Shown: positions 20,046 through 28,308 of the stretch, piece after piece
How positions within the stretch are numbered: the first letter of the stretch is position 1
How the letters are laid out: the number at the start of each line of letters is the position of its first letter
NCBI GenBank assembly: GCA_965242925.1
Contig: CBDEUM010000022.1
Span: 224,001 to 288,000, forward strand
Length of the DNA: 64,000 nt
Source: Roseibacillus sp.
GTDB taxonomy: Bacteria; Verrucomicrobiota; Verrucomicrobiia; Verrucomicrobiales; Akkermansiaceae
Direction: 5' to 3'
The notes under the pieces: generated by a model
Seen by the model: only the letters and a program-made list of their open reading frames with translations
What the model was told of the DNA's origin: nothing
The model's database searches: none
Translations under genes and position numbers: made by a program

Positions 20046-21179
20046 CTACTGTTCCGGCGTCTTTTCCAGACCTTCGCCTTGAGTCCGCCCTTCCGCGGCT
20101 TCCTCGATCCCCAGCCGTTCGGCGCGAAGATACGCGGTCCGGGCTTCCTTCTCTTTTCCCATTTCAGTCAGGCATTTCCCGAATTCGAGGTGTCCATGGC
20201 CAAAATCCGGCCATGCCCGCAAGAGCTGCGAATAGGAGATCTCGGCAAGCTCCAGATTTTCCTGCTCACGGTAAAACTGGGCGAGATAGTAAAGGGCCAC
20301 CGCATTCTCAGGCTGATAGTTCAGGACACGGCGACAACGGTCTGCAGCCTCCTCGGTAACGCCCCCGTGGCGTTTCTCACCGGCAACCTGATAAGCGCTA
20401 TGGATCCAGAGGTCCCGGCTGTTGCTGTCAATGGCAGCCCCCATCAATTCCTCAAACAATTCGGCGATCTCCGGGGCCAGACGTTCCACCGAATCAACGA
20501 AAGCATCCACGATTTCATAAACGCTGAACCGGCTCAGGATTCCCTTGCCGGTGGCAAACTCCCTGTCGCTGAACAGCAGATTGCGCATTCGCGCGTGGAG
20601 CAGGTTGTAGGCGGTATCGGACAGGAAGATGCGGAAATGGTGGCCATCGCGGGAGTGAGACTCAATCCGTTTCGCCAGGTTGATCGCGTAGCCCTGCATC
20701 TTGAATCCGGATTCCAACTGCCTCGCCCAGACAGTCCCGAAATTAATCCCAACCGCAATCTCAGCCGCAGCCGAGCGGCGTTCTACCCGCTCCCGGTTAA
20801 AGGGGGATGCGAACCAGGCAGCCTTGAGCGTAATCCCGAGCGTTGCGAGAAGGTAAACATCATTTGAGGGCTTGGCAGTGTGCATGAAAAACACCAGCTC
20901 GTCACCTATCACAAAGTACTCGTAATCCCGGACTCGCTCATACTTCCCGCGCAGATAATGCTCAAAAAAATGCTCACACTGGACACGCACCACCTCGTGA
21001 AACGACTCAACGTAATCCGAATATTCCTTGAGCCCGAGAACACTGGCGAACACCGATGAATCGACCAGGTCCACGAACATGATTGCCGTGTCCAGGGGCC
21101 CTTCCCACTTTGGCTGACTGCCCGCTGGCGCGCTCACTTCCTCCCGGGATTCGCCCTCGCGCTTTGACGATGAACCCAT
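20046..21179 (-). CDS. Class III nucleotide cyclase domain + C-terminal TPR protein
   Basis: AIMFVDLVDSS, VIGDE, AVGINFG, GYAINLAKRIE; TPR-like helices (PENAVALYYLAQ, PDFGHGHLEFGK). Confidence 0.75.
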   Translation of the reverse strand: MGSSSKREGESREEVSAPAGSQPKWEGPLDTAIMFVDLVDSSVFASVLGLKEYSDYVESFHEVVRVQCEHFFEHYLRGKYERVRDYEYFVIGDELVFFMHTAKPSNDVYLLATLGITLKAAWFASPFNRERVERRSAAAEIAVGINFGTVWARQLESGFKMQGYAINLAKRIESHSRDGHHFRIFLSDTAYNLLHARMRNLLFSDREFATGKGILSRFSVYEIVDAFVDSVERLAPEIAELFEELMGAAIDSNSRDLWIHSAYQVAGEKRHGGVTEEAADRCRRVLNYQPENAVALYYLAQFYREQENLELAEISYSQLLRAWPDFGHGHLEFGKCLTEMGKEKEARTAYLRAERLGIEEAAEGRTQGEGLEKTPEQ

Positions 21180-21466
21180 CACTCGATCTCTGCTGGGTCA
21201 GGGACATGGGGGACAACCTCAGCTGGGTCAGGGACGTTGGGGACGATCTCGGCCGGGTCGGGAACATTAGTACCCTCTGCCGGGGGGGTGGCGCCAGGAT
21301 CGCTTTCCTTCTCGTCTCCAATAACCTTCCCCGTCTCCGGCGACGAGGGACCAGCTCCCCCTCCCCTGCTCGTTGTGGACGACTCCTCACAGCCCGCCGA
21401 AAAAAGGGAAACCGCACACATCACCAGCATGCACCGGAACAGAAAAAAGAATGAATTGGTCATCAT
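21179..21466 (-). CDS. Small putative lipoprotein with three VPDPAE repeats
   Basis: Hydrophobic N-terminus and lipobox-like FSAG-C; stop overlaps the cyclase start (TGATG). Confidence 0.6.
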   Translation of the reverse strand: MMTNSFFFLFRCMLVMCAVSLFSAGCEESSTTSRGGGAGPSSPETGKVIGDEKESDPGATPPAEGTNVPDPAEIVPNVPDPAEVVPHVPDPAEIE

Positions 21467-21778
21467 TAGATAGGTGGCTTGGTGGTTATCCTGATCTGAT
21501 TATTCCCCTCGTCCCAACTGCATGACGAGACAAATCAATCAAGGCTGTCGGATGTCATTACTACAAACGGAAAACCAGAGGTCCGTTTTCATAATAATCG
21601 CAAATCCGACATAATATTGTCATGGCGCAACGGGCAGAAGCGACTTTCCATCTCAGTTCACCACAACACAAAACCCCGGCAGGATCGACGTATGCTGCCA
21701 CCCAGAGTTCCTCGCTGTGATCTCCGCCCGGGATCAGCAGTGGCGCGGGCAGGCGCACCTCGAAAACACCCCGGCCAC

Positions 21779-22138
21779 CTACTCCTCTTCTTCCTGGGGT
21801 GCCGTCGGCAACTCCGCCACCTTGTCGAGCAGGTTGACGATATCCACCCCCCGCACAACCGAGTCATCGCTGAGGAAACGCAGAACGGGCGTGTTCTTCA
21901 ACACCACCCGTTTCATCACCCGGCCCTGAATGGATCCGTGTTCTCCATTGAGCCGTGAAATCACCTTCCCTTCGTGCCCGCCCAGCACTCCTATAAAGAC
22001 CTTCGCCTCCTTCAGGTCCTGCGAAACCTCCACCGCATTCACTGTCACCAGTGATCCGTCCCATTCGAAATCACGCTGCAGGACACCACTGATCTCACGC
22101 TTCAGCAGTTCGTTTACCCTGTCAGTACGTCGCGACAT
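21779..22138 (-). CDS. rbfA: Ribosome-binding factor A
   Basis: RRTDRVNELLKREIS, VEVSQDLKEAKV, TPVLRF..D. Confidence 0.95.
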   Translation of the reverse strand: MSRRTDRVNELLKREISGVLQRDFEWDGSLVTVNAVEVSQDLKEAKVFIGVLGGHEGKVISRLNGEHGSIQGRVMKRVVLKNTPVLRFLSDDSVVRGVDIVNLLDKVAELPTAPQEEEE

Positions 22139-22187
22139 GGATCTCCCGAATGATAAATTACCAACGCCCCAAATGGCAGCCAGAGCG

Positions 22188-24287
22188 CTAAAGGGTCTGA
22201 TCGATCTTCTCGAGCTCGTAGCATTCGATTACGTCGTCGACTTCGTACTCGTTGAACTCCCCAAGCCGGATTCCGCATTCGATGCCCTGTTTGACTTCCT
22301 CCACATCATCATTGATCCGCCGCAGGGTGGACATTTTCCCGTCAAATACGGGCGTGCCATCCCTCAACACACGCGCATGCGCCGTCCGGGTCACCTTGCC
22401 GTCCGCGACCAGGCAGCCCGCTGCCCGTCCCCGCTTGACCTTGAAAATCTGCTTCACCTCGGCATGCCCGAGAATGTTCTCTCGCAGCTCCGGTTCCAGC
22501 AGTCCCAACATGGCATCCTTCACCTGATCGATGAGTTCGTAGACAATCGAATAAAGCTTTATCTGCACACCCTCACGCTTGGCACCCTTTACCGCGTTGC
22601 TCTCCACCTTCACGTTGAATCCCAGCACCACCGCGTCCGAACTGCTGGCCAGCAGGATGTCGGACTCGCTGATCGATCCAGCCGCCGCATGGATAAAATT
22701 GACCTCCACCTTGTCGGACTCCACATCGCCAATCGCCCCCTTGATTGCCTCAACCGACCCCTGCACGTCACATTTCAGGATCAACTTGAGCACCACCTTC
22801 TGGCCTCCTTCAACCATAGCCAGCATATCTTCCATGCGGCTTTTCCTGGGACGCTCCAGACGCTCCTGCCGACGCTCAAGCTGCCGCTCGTCGCTCAGCT
22901 TCTTGGCCGCCCTTTCGTGCTCCATGGCCACCAGTTCATCCCCAACGTTGGGCAGTTCGGCAAATCCAAGCACTTCCACCGGGATGGCTGGACCGGCCTC
23001 CTCCACCTGCTCGTTCCGATCGTTGAGGAGCGACTTCACCTTACCCGCATAGGGGCCGCAGATAAACGGGGTGCCTACTTCAAGGGTTCCCGTCTCCACT
23101 ATCACGGTGGCGGTCGGACCCTTCCCGGGCTGCACCTTGGCCTCAATCACGGCGGCACGCGCATTCGCTTCGGGATTCGCCTTCAGCTCCAGCACCTCCG
23201 CCTGCAATGCCATTAACTCGGCCAGTTCGTCCATTCCCTGGCCGGTGATGGCCGAGACTTCCACCGTCTCCGTGTTGCCCCCCAGATCTGTTGACATGAG
23301 GTCCTGCTCCATGAGCTGAGTCTTCACCTTCATGGGGTCGGCACCCGCCACATCGCACTTGTTGATCGCTACAATGATGGTCTTGCCCGCTGCCTTGGCG
23401 TGACTGATCGCCTCCCTGGTCTGCGGCATGATTCCGTCGTCGGCCGCCACCACCAGCACCACGATGTCCGTGACGTCCGCGCCCCGGGCCCGCATCTCCG
23501 TGAAAATCGCGTGCCCCGGTGTATCGATAAAGGTAATCGGGCGCCCTTCATGCTCCACCCGGTAGGCCCCGATGTGCTGTGTGATCCCGCCGGCTTCCCC
23601 GTCCACGACTTTCGACTTGCGGACATAGTCCAGAAGAGAGGTCTTGCCGTGATCAACGTGTCCCATGAAGGTGATGATGGGCGCCCGCAGTTCGAGCTTT
23701 TCGGCAGGCTCATGTTCCTCCGGCTCGGGCTCCTCGATGACTTCCTCCACCTTGTGGACTCCACCACCCTTCTCGCGCTTCTCGCGTTCAAAGACAAAAC
23801 CGTGCTGCTCGCAGACATTTTCCGCCACTTCCGGTTCGATGGCCTGATTAGGCGCCACGAACACCTCCAACTGGATGAGATCCTTCATGATCTCAAACGG
23901 TTTCAGCCCCATCATCTCCGCAAGCACGCTCACGATGATGGGCGGCTTAATGCTGATGGTGTTTCCTTCAACCACTCCGATTTCCTCCTCCGCCTCGCCC
24001 TCTTCCAAAGGTTCCCCGCTCACGACAAAGTCCGGATCCTGGACCTCATCCGTCAGCTTCGAAATGCTCGGGAGCTGTTTCTTGCCGGACTTCTCGGTTT
24101 TTCGGACCGCCGCCGCCTTCTTCTGTTCATCCTCATCGATGATGTCGAGCGCCTCGTCCTTCTTATCCTGAACGGTCTTCTGCTCGGCTGCCTGAGCCCG
24201 CTGCCGTTCACGACGCGACGGCTTGTTCTGTTCGTCGACCAAGTCGAGAACTTCCTTCTTTTTGTCGCTGTCGCCCTTGTCCGGCAT
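22188..24287 (-). CDS. infB: Translation initiation factor IF-2
   Basis: [50 protein letters not shown]. Confidence 0.98.
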   Translation of the reverse strand: MPDKGDSDKKKEVLDLVDEQNKPSRRERQRAQAAEQKTVQDKKDEALDIIDEDEQKKAAAVRKTEKSGKKQLPSISKLTDEVQDPDFVVSGEPLEEGEAEEEIGVVEGNTISIKPPIIVSVLAEMMGLKPFEIMKDLIQLEVFVAPNQAIEPEVAENVCEQHGFVFEREKREKGGGVHKVEEVIEEPEPEEHEPAEKLELRAPIITFMGHVDHGKTSLLDYVRKSKVVDGEAGGITQHIGAYRVEHEGRPITFIDTPGHAIFTEMRARGADVTDIVVLVVAADDGIMPQTREAISHAKAAGKTIIVAINKCDVAGADPMKVKTQLMEQDLMSTDLGGNTETVEVSAITGQGMDELAELMALQAEVLELKANPEANARAAVIEAKVQPGKGPTATVIVETGTLEVGTPFICGPYAGKVKSLLNDRNEQVEEAGPAIPVEVLGFAELPNVGDELVAMEHERAAKKLSDERQLERRQERLERPRKSRMEDMLAMVEGGQKVVLKLILKCDVQGSVEAIKGAIGDVESDKVEVNFIHAAAGSISESDILLASSSDAVVLGFNVKVESNAVKGAKREGVQIKLYSIVYELIDQVKDAMLGLLEPELRENILGHAEVKQIFKVKRGRAAGCLVADGKVTRTAHARVLRDGTPVFDGKMSTLRRINDDVEEVKQGIECGIRLGEFNEYEVDDVIECYELEKIDQTL

Positions 24288-24320
24288 GGTGACCCTCTAA
24301 ACCTCTCTAACTTACCGTGA

Positions 24321-26032
24321 TTACGAATCGTCGGCAGCAGATGCAGATTTCTTGTTCTCTTCCTTCTCCGTGGCTGGTTCTTCCTCCGCGGCAGGTTCTT
24401 CCTCCGTGGCTGGTTCTTCCTCCGTGGCAGGTTCTTCCTCCGTGGCAGGTTCTTCCTCCGCGGCAGGTTCTTCCTCCGTGGCAGGTTCTTCCTCCGTGGC
24501 AGGTTCTCCTCCGTGGCAGGTTCTTCCTCCGTGGCAGGTTCTTCCTCCGTGGCAGGTTCTTCCTCCGTGGCAGGCTCTTCCTCCGTGGCAGGCTCTTCCT
24601 CCGTGGCAGGTTCTTCCTCCGTGGCAGGTTCTTCCTCCGTGGCAGGTTCTTCCTCCGTGGCAGGTTCTTCCTCCGTGGCAGGTTCCTCCTCCGTGGCAGG
24701 TTCTTCCTCCGCGGCAGGTTCTTCCTCCGCGGCAGGTTCTTCCTCCGCGGCAGGTTCTTCCTCCCGGGCAGGTTTTCCGCTGAGGGATTGCGCCTGGTCG
24801 AGAATCTTCTGGGCTTCCTCTTCTGTAGACTCCAGCGACTGAGCGATGTAGTCCACCGGCATCTGCAACACCATGTCCGAAGACACACCCCCGGCACGGT
24901 AAAGTTTGTCGGCGATCTGCGGATCTACGCCCAATTCCTCCGCCAGTCCGATGGCGGCATCAGTTACCCGCGCCTCGAACTGCTCGTGCTGACTCTCGTC
25001 CTTGCGCACCTGCACGTCCCAGTTCACCAGCTTGGAAGTGAGCCGCGCATTCTGTCCCCGGCGACCGATTGCCTTGCTCAGGTCTTCCTCATCCACGGTC
25101 ACATTGATCACCTTGTTCTCCTGGTCCAGGGTGATGGACCGGATCAGTGCCGGTTTGAGGGCGTCGGTCACGAAGGGTTCCGGTTCGTCACTCCAGCGGA
25201 TGATGTCCACCTTCTCGTTGTTGAGTTCCCGCACGATGTTCTTCACCCGCGCTCCGCGCAGGCCGACGCAGGCACCGACCGGATCCACCTTTCCATCATT
25301 GCTGAAAACTGCCACCTTGGTCCGGTAGCCGGCCTCCCGCGCGATCCCACGGATCTCCACCGTGTGATCCGAAATCTCGCTCACCTCCGCCTCAAAAAGT
25401 CTTCGCACGAAATTCGGGTGACTGCGGGAGAGCATAATCTCCGGCCCCCGCAACTCGTTGTCCACCGAAACCACATACGCCCGGATACGATCTCCGACGT
25501 TGTAGTCCTCGGTCGAGACTCGTTCCCGCGACGGCATGCGGGCTTCGAATTTTCCGAGGTCGATCATGACATCGTTCTTCTCAAAGCGCCGCACCGCTCC
25601 ACTCACGATGTCGCCGGCGCGATCCTTGAACTCGTCGTAGATCTTCTCCTTCTCGGCCTGGCGCAACCGCTGCATCATGGTCTGCTTGGCAGTCTGCACC
25701 GCAATACGCCCGAAATTCTTTGGCGTCACGTTGAACTCCAGGGGATCATTCAGCTGGACCTCCGGATTCTTCCGACTCGCGAGGGAGATCGGCACCTCGT
25801 TGAACTTGTCCTGATGGTCGTCATCGGCCACCACCCGGAGGGTCGCAAAAATCCGCGTCTCCCCTTGCTTGGTATCCACTTCCGCCCGGAGCTCTTCAAT
25901 ATCCTCCGCCCCCGGAACCATCCGCCGGTAAGCTGACAAGAAGGCATTCTCAAGAGCCTCGACCACCTTCTCGCGCTCGATGCTCTTTTCCTTTTCGTAG
26001 AATTCTATGAGGGCGACGAGGTCGTTCGTCAT
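24321..26032 (-). CDS. nusA: Transcription termination/antitermination factor NusA with acidic repeat tail; apparent -1 frameshift near 24506
   Basis: FGRIAVQTAKQ, LSRSHP, AREAGYRTK, VGACVG.RG.RV, AIGRRGQNARL; repaired frame ends EKEENKKSASAADDS-TAA at 24321, 33 nt before infB. Confidence 0.93.
24368..24775. repeat. 18-bp tandem repeat, 22 units, encoding EEEPA(T/A)
   Basis: Plus-strand unit GGTTCTTCCTCCGTGGCA counted from 24376 to 24753; the unit at 24502 is 17 nt. Confidence 0.95.
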
Positions 26033-26062
26033 GATCTTCTGATCGTTCTGGTCTGGGGACGC

Positions 26063-26091
26063 AAAAGAGCGGGTCGTGGGAACCCACTCTT
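26063..26091 (-). promoter_or_regulatory. rimP-leader-like attenuator hairpin upstream of nusA
   Basis: Minus strand AAGAGTGGGT-TCCCACG-ACCCGCTCTTTT, resembling the GAGTGGG..CCCRCTCTTTT leader of rimP-nusA operons. Confidence 0.7.
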
Positions 26092-26122
26092 CGAAAGCGT
26101 CCAGAGTTGTTCTGTTGCGGTG

Positions 26123-26151
26123 GCTATAGGGATGCTCCCCCCATGAATCAA
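26123..26151 (-). promoter_or_regulatory. Putative sigma70 promoter of the nusA operon
   Basis: Minus strand TTGATT-17 nt-TATAGC just upstream of the leader hairpin. Confidence 0.5.
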
Positions 26152-26245
26152 GACAAAAGACCGGCCCGACCATTCACTCCACCCGGCCCATGCGGGCCCG
26201 TGAAACCGCTCGGTTCACCCTCCCCGGCATCCTGCCTGCCGGTTC

Positions 26246-26920
26246 TCACTTGATCAGTTTGCGCCAGCGCAGGCCGCGCAGTTCGGCGGTCGTCTGCCAC
26301 GTCGCCAACCCCAACGGCGCACACTTCTCGATATCCCCGAATCGCAGGCCCAACTTACGGCCCTTGATATTCACGTCCACCATCTCCTTCCCATCGATCC
26401 AGGCCTTCAGACTCTCCTTGCGGATCTCCAGCCGGATCTTGTACCACTGTTTATCCTTGAAGGCCTGGTAACTGGCGGTCTCGTTCTCGGAAGCGTCCAT
26501 GCCGTCGATACTGGAGAATCCGACCACCCCTCCACCCCAGCCGCCACAGATAAAGGTCACGCAGGTCTTGGCATCCCGCACCGGAAGCGTCAGGCCACAG
26601 AAAAAGTCCACCCCGGATGTCCGCCGGGCCTCTACCTCGATCTCGTAAGGGGCCTCCGGGAGATCCGCACCGCTGAACACCACCCCGGTCAGTTCCGCCC
26701 CCTCCGCGATCGCAAGGGTTCCGCCCTTCCACGTTGTATCCCCCTCACCGCCAAAATTCAGTGCCTTCCAGAATCCCATTCCTTCCTTCGCCGGTGCCAG
26801 TGAAACCCACTTTGCTTCCTTGTCACCTGCCTCCTTGCCCTCACCGCTCCCGGGCTTGTCCGCCCCTGCCATCATCATTCCGGCCAGCAACACCAGGATT
26901 ATCCAAAAACGCGCCTTCAT
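26246..26920 (-). CDS. Secreted DUF1080 (3-keto-disaccharide hydrolase-like) protein
   Basis: Signal peptide; FGGEG, G.DFFCGLT.PV, GGWGGGVVG.SSIDG.DASENET. Confidence 0.8.
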   Translation of the reverse strand: MKARFWIILVLLAGMMMAGADKPGSGEGKEAGDKEAKWVSLAPAKEGMGFWKALNFGGEGDTTWKGGTLAIAEGAELTGVVFSGADLPEAPYEIEVEARRTSGVDFFCGLTLPVRDAKTCVTFICGGWGGGVVGFSSIDGMDASENETASYQAFKDKQWYKIRLEIRKESLKAWIDGKEMVDVNIKGRKLGLRFGDIEKCAPLGLATWQTTAELRGLRWRKLIK

Positions 26921-27036
26921 CGTCTCTCAACTATTCACCCTGCGCGCGAACCCCGCAAGCCAAGAGACCGCCCACCTGCCTTCATTACGCTAACGCTTCC
27001 CCGTGACCAGCCACCGTGCAAACTGCATACTGAACA

Positions 27037-27165
27037 TTGAATCCTGACACAGATCCATCCTCCTGGACGCTGCTTACACCCTGATCCACCCCTCCGAGAC
27101 AGTGGGGCAGTCCTATCCCCACCACCTCGAAGCGGTCCCCGGGTTGGTGGGCGTCGTGCCCTTGA
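27037..27165 (+). pseudogene. Decayed remnant of a REG-2/HDHD3-like HAD hydrolase
   Basis: Frame RSILLDAAYTLIHPSETVGQSY resembles the HAD-IA start (FDAAGTLIH...VG..Y); upstream TTG is out of frame and the body of the gene is missing. Confidence 0.45.
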
Positions 27166-27242
27166 CTCTCAGACGAACCGCCTCACTCTTGCTGGCAGAT
27201 CCTCCCCCCGAGCCAACTCAGGCCCTCAAGGTTATCTCACTA

Positions 27243-28016
27243 ATGAGTTCGATTCGAAAAGGGGTTCCATTTCCAGATGACGGCACACGCGAAACGGCCT
27301 GCCAATGCCCCATCGGCAAGCCGACCATGTTCCAGTCCTGGCAGAATCTGCTCTTCCTGCACTGGGCGGTACCGGTAAAAACCCTGGAAGGTCATCTTCC
27401 CCAGGGCCTACGTCTCGATGATTTTGAGGGCCAGGCTTGGCTCGGTATCGTTCCTTTCTTCATGCGGGATATCCGTCCCCGTCGACTCCCTGCCATACCC
27501 GGAATTTCCAACTTCCTGGAACTTAATGTGCGAACCTACGTCTATGATGAATCCGGAATTCCCGGGGTCTGGTTTTTCTCGCTGGATGCCAACCGCAGGA
27601 TGGCCTGCGCTCTCGGCCGCTCACTTTTTCACCTGCCTTACCGCCAAGCGAAAATGAGCACACAGGCTGGAGAGTGGATCGATTACAGGGCTCTGCGAAA
27701 CGGAGAAACAGAATCAGCCGACTACCGTTATCGCGGCATTGGCCCGGACCGCATCGCAGAGCCAGGCTCCCTGGAGTTCTTCCTGCTTGAGCGTTACGTC
27801 CTCTACTCACATGAGAAAAAGAAAAATCGCCTCTGCCGCGCGAGAGTCCATCACGAGCCCTACCGGTTCCATGATGCTGAAGTCGAGCGATTCTCGACCG
27901 CACCACTTGCCTGGAACCACCTTCCGCTAGTGCCCGCCCCTCCAGATCACGCCTGCACCGTTCCACGAGTCGACGTCAGCATCTTCAGCCTGTGCGAAGT
28001 CGGCACGGTGCCATAA
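27243..28016 (+). CDS. YqjF/DUF2071 family protein
   Basis: MFQSWQNLLFLHW, FLELNVRTYV, GVWFFSLDA, FLLERY. Confidence 0.9.
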   Translation: MSSIRKGVPFPDDGTRETACQCPIGKPTMFQSWQNLLFLHWAVPVKTLEGHLPQGLRLDDFEGQAWLGIVPFFMRDIRPRRLPAIPGISNFLELNVRTYVYDESGIPGVWFFSLDANRRMACALGRSLFHLPYRQAKMSTQAGEWIDYRALRNGETESADYRYRGIGPDRIAEPGSLEFFLLERYVLYSHEKKKNRLCRARVHHEPYRFHDAEVERFSTAPLAWNHLPLVPAPPDHACTVPRVDVSIFSLCEVGTVP

Positions 28017-28109
28017 GAACCGCAAGATCGGAAGGAGTGGCCTTGGATCCGTCCCGGACAAAACGGGGATTAGCGGAAACCGCTGGAATTCACAGCCGGA
28101 AGCTGAAAG

Positions 28110-28182
28110 TACGGAGACTGGGACTCGAACCCAGGACCAATTGGTTAAAAGCCAACTGCTCTACCAACTGAGCTACCTCCGC
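28110..28182 (-). tRNA. tRNA-Lys (UUU), CCA not encoded
   Basis: GCGGAGGTAGCTCAGTTGGTAGAGCAGTTGGC-TTT-TAACCAATTGGTCCTGGGTTCGAGTCCCAGTCTCCGTA forms a cloverleaf. Confidence 0.95.
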
Positions 28183-28210
28183 TTTTGGTTGCTCGTTTGG
28201 GGGCGGCGGG

Positions 28211-28239
28211 AGATAACGATCCCGTGGGCGTCCTGACAA
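28211..28239 (-). promoter_or_regulatory. Putative tRNA promoter with GC-rich discriminator
   Basis: Minus strand TTGTCA-17 nt-TTATCT followed by CCCGCCGCC. Confidence 0.5.
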
Positions 28240-28308
28240 GGGAATTCTTGCTCATGCGGACGAGAATCCGGGGATTGGAGCGGAACCGGAGCGGCTTTGC
28301 CGAGGTCC

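Noticed and set aside
20046..21466. Canonical Pycsar anti-phage system
   Set aside because: No adjacent cNMP-binding TM/TIR effector; the partner is a small disordered lipoprotein and the cyclase carries TPRs.
24053..26173. 706-aa NusA as given in the ORF track
   Set aside because: The upstream start runs through the promoter and leader hairpin, and the 3' end overlaps infB only because of the 1-nt deletion.
26990..27160. Possible 6S- or SRP-like ncRNA (some end-to-end pairing; TCAGG..AGCAGC on the minus strand)
   Set aside because: No GNRA helix for SRP and weak apical pairing for 6S; a HAD gene remnant explains the sequence better.
28017..28182. tRNA-Lys as an island integration site
   Set aside because: No integrase and no duplicated tRNA 3' end seen in the window.
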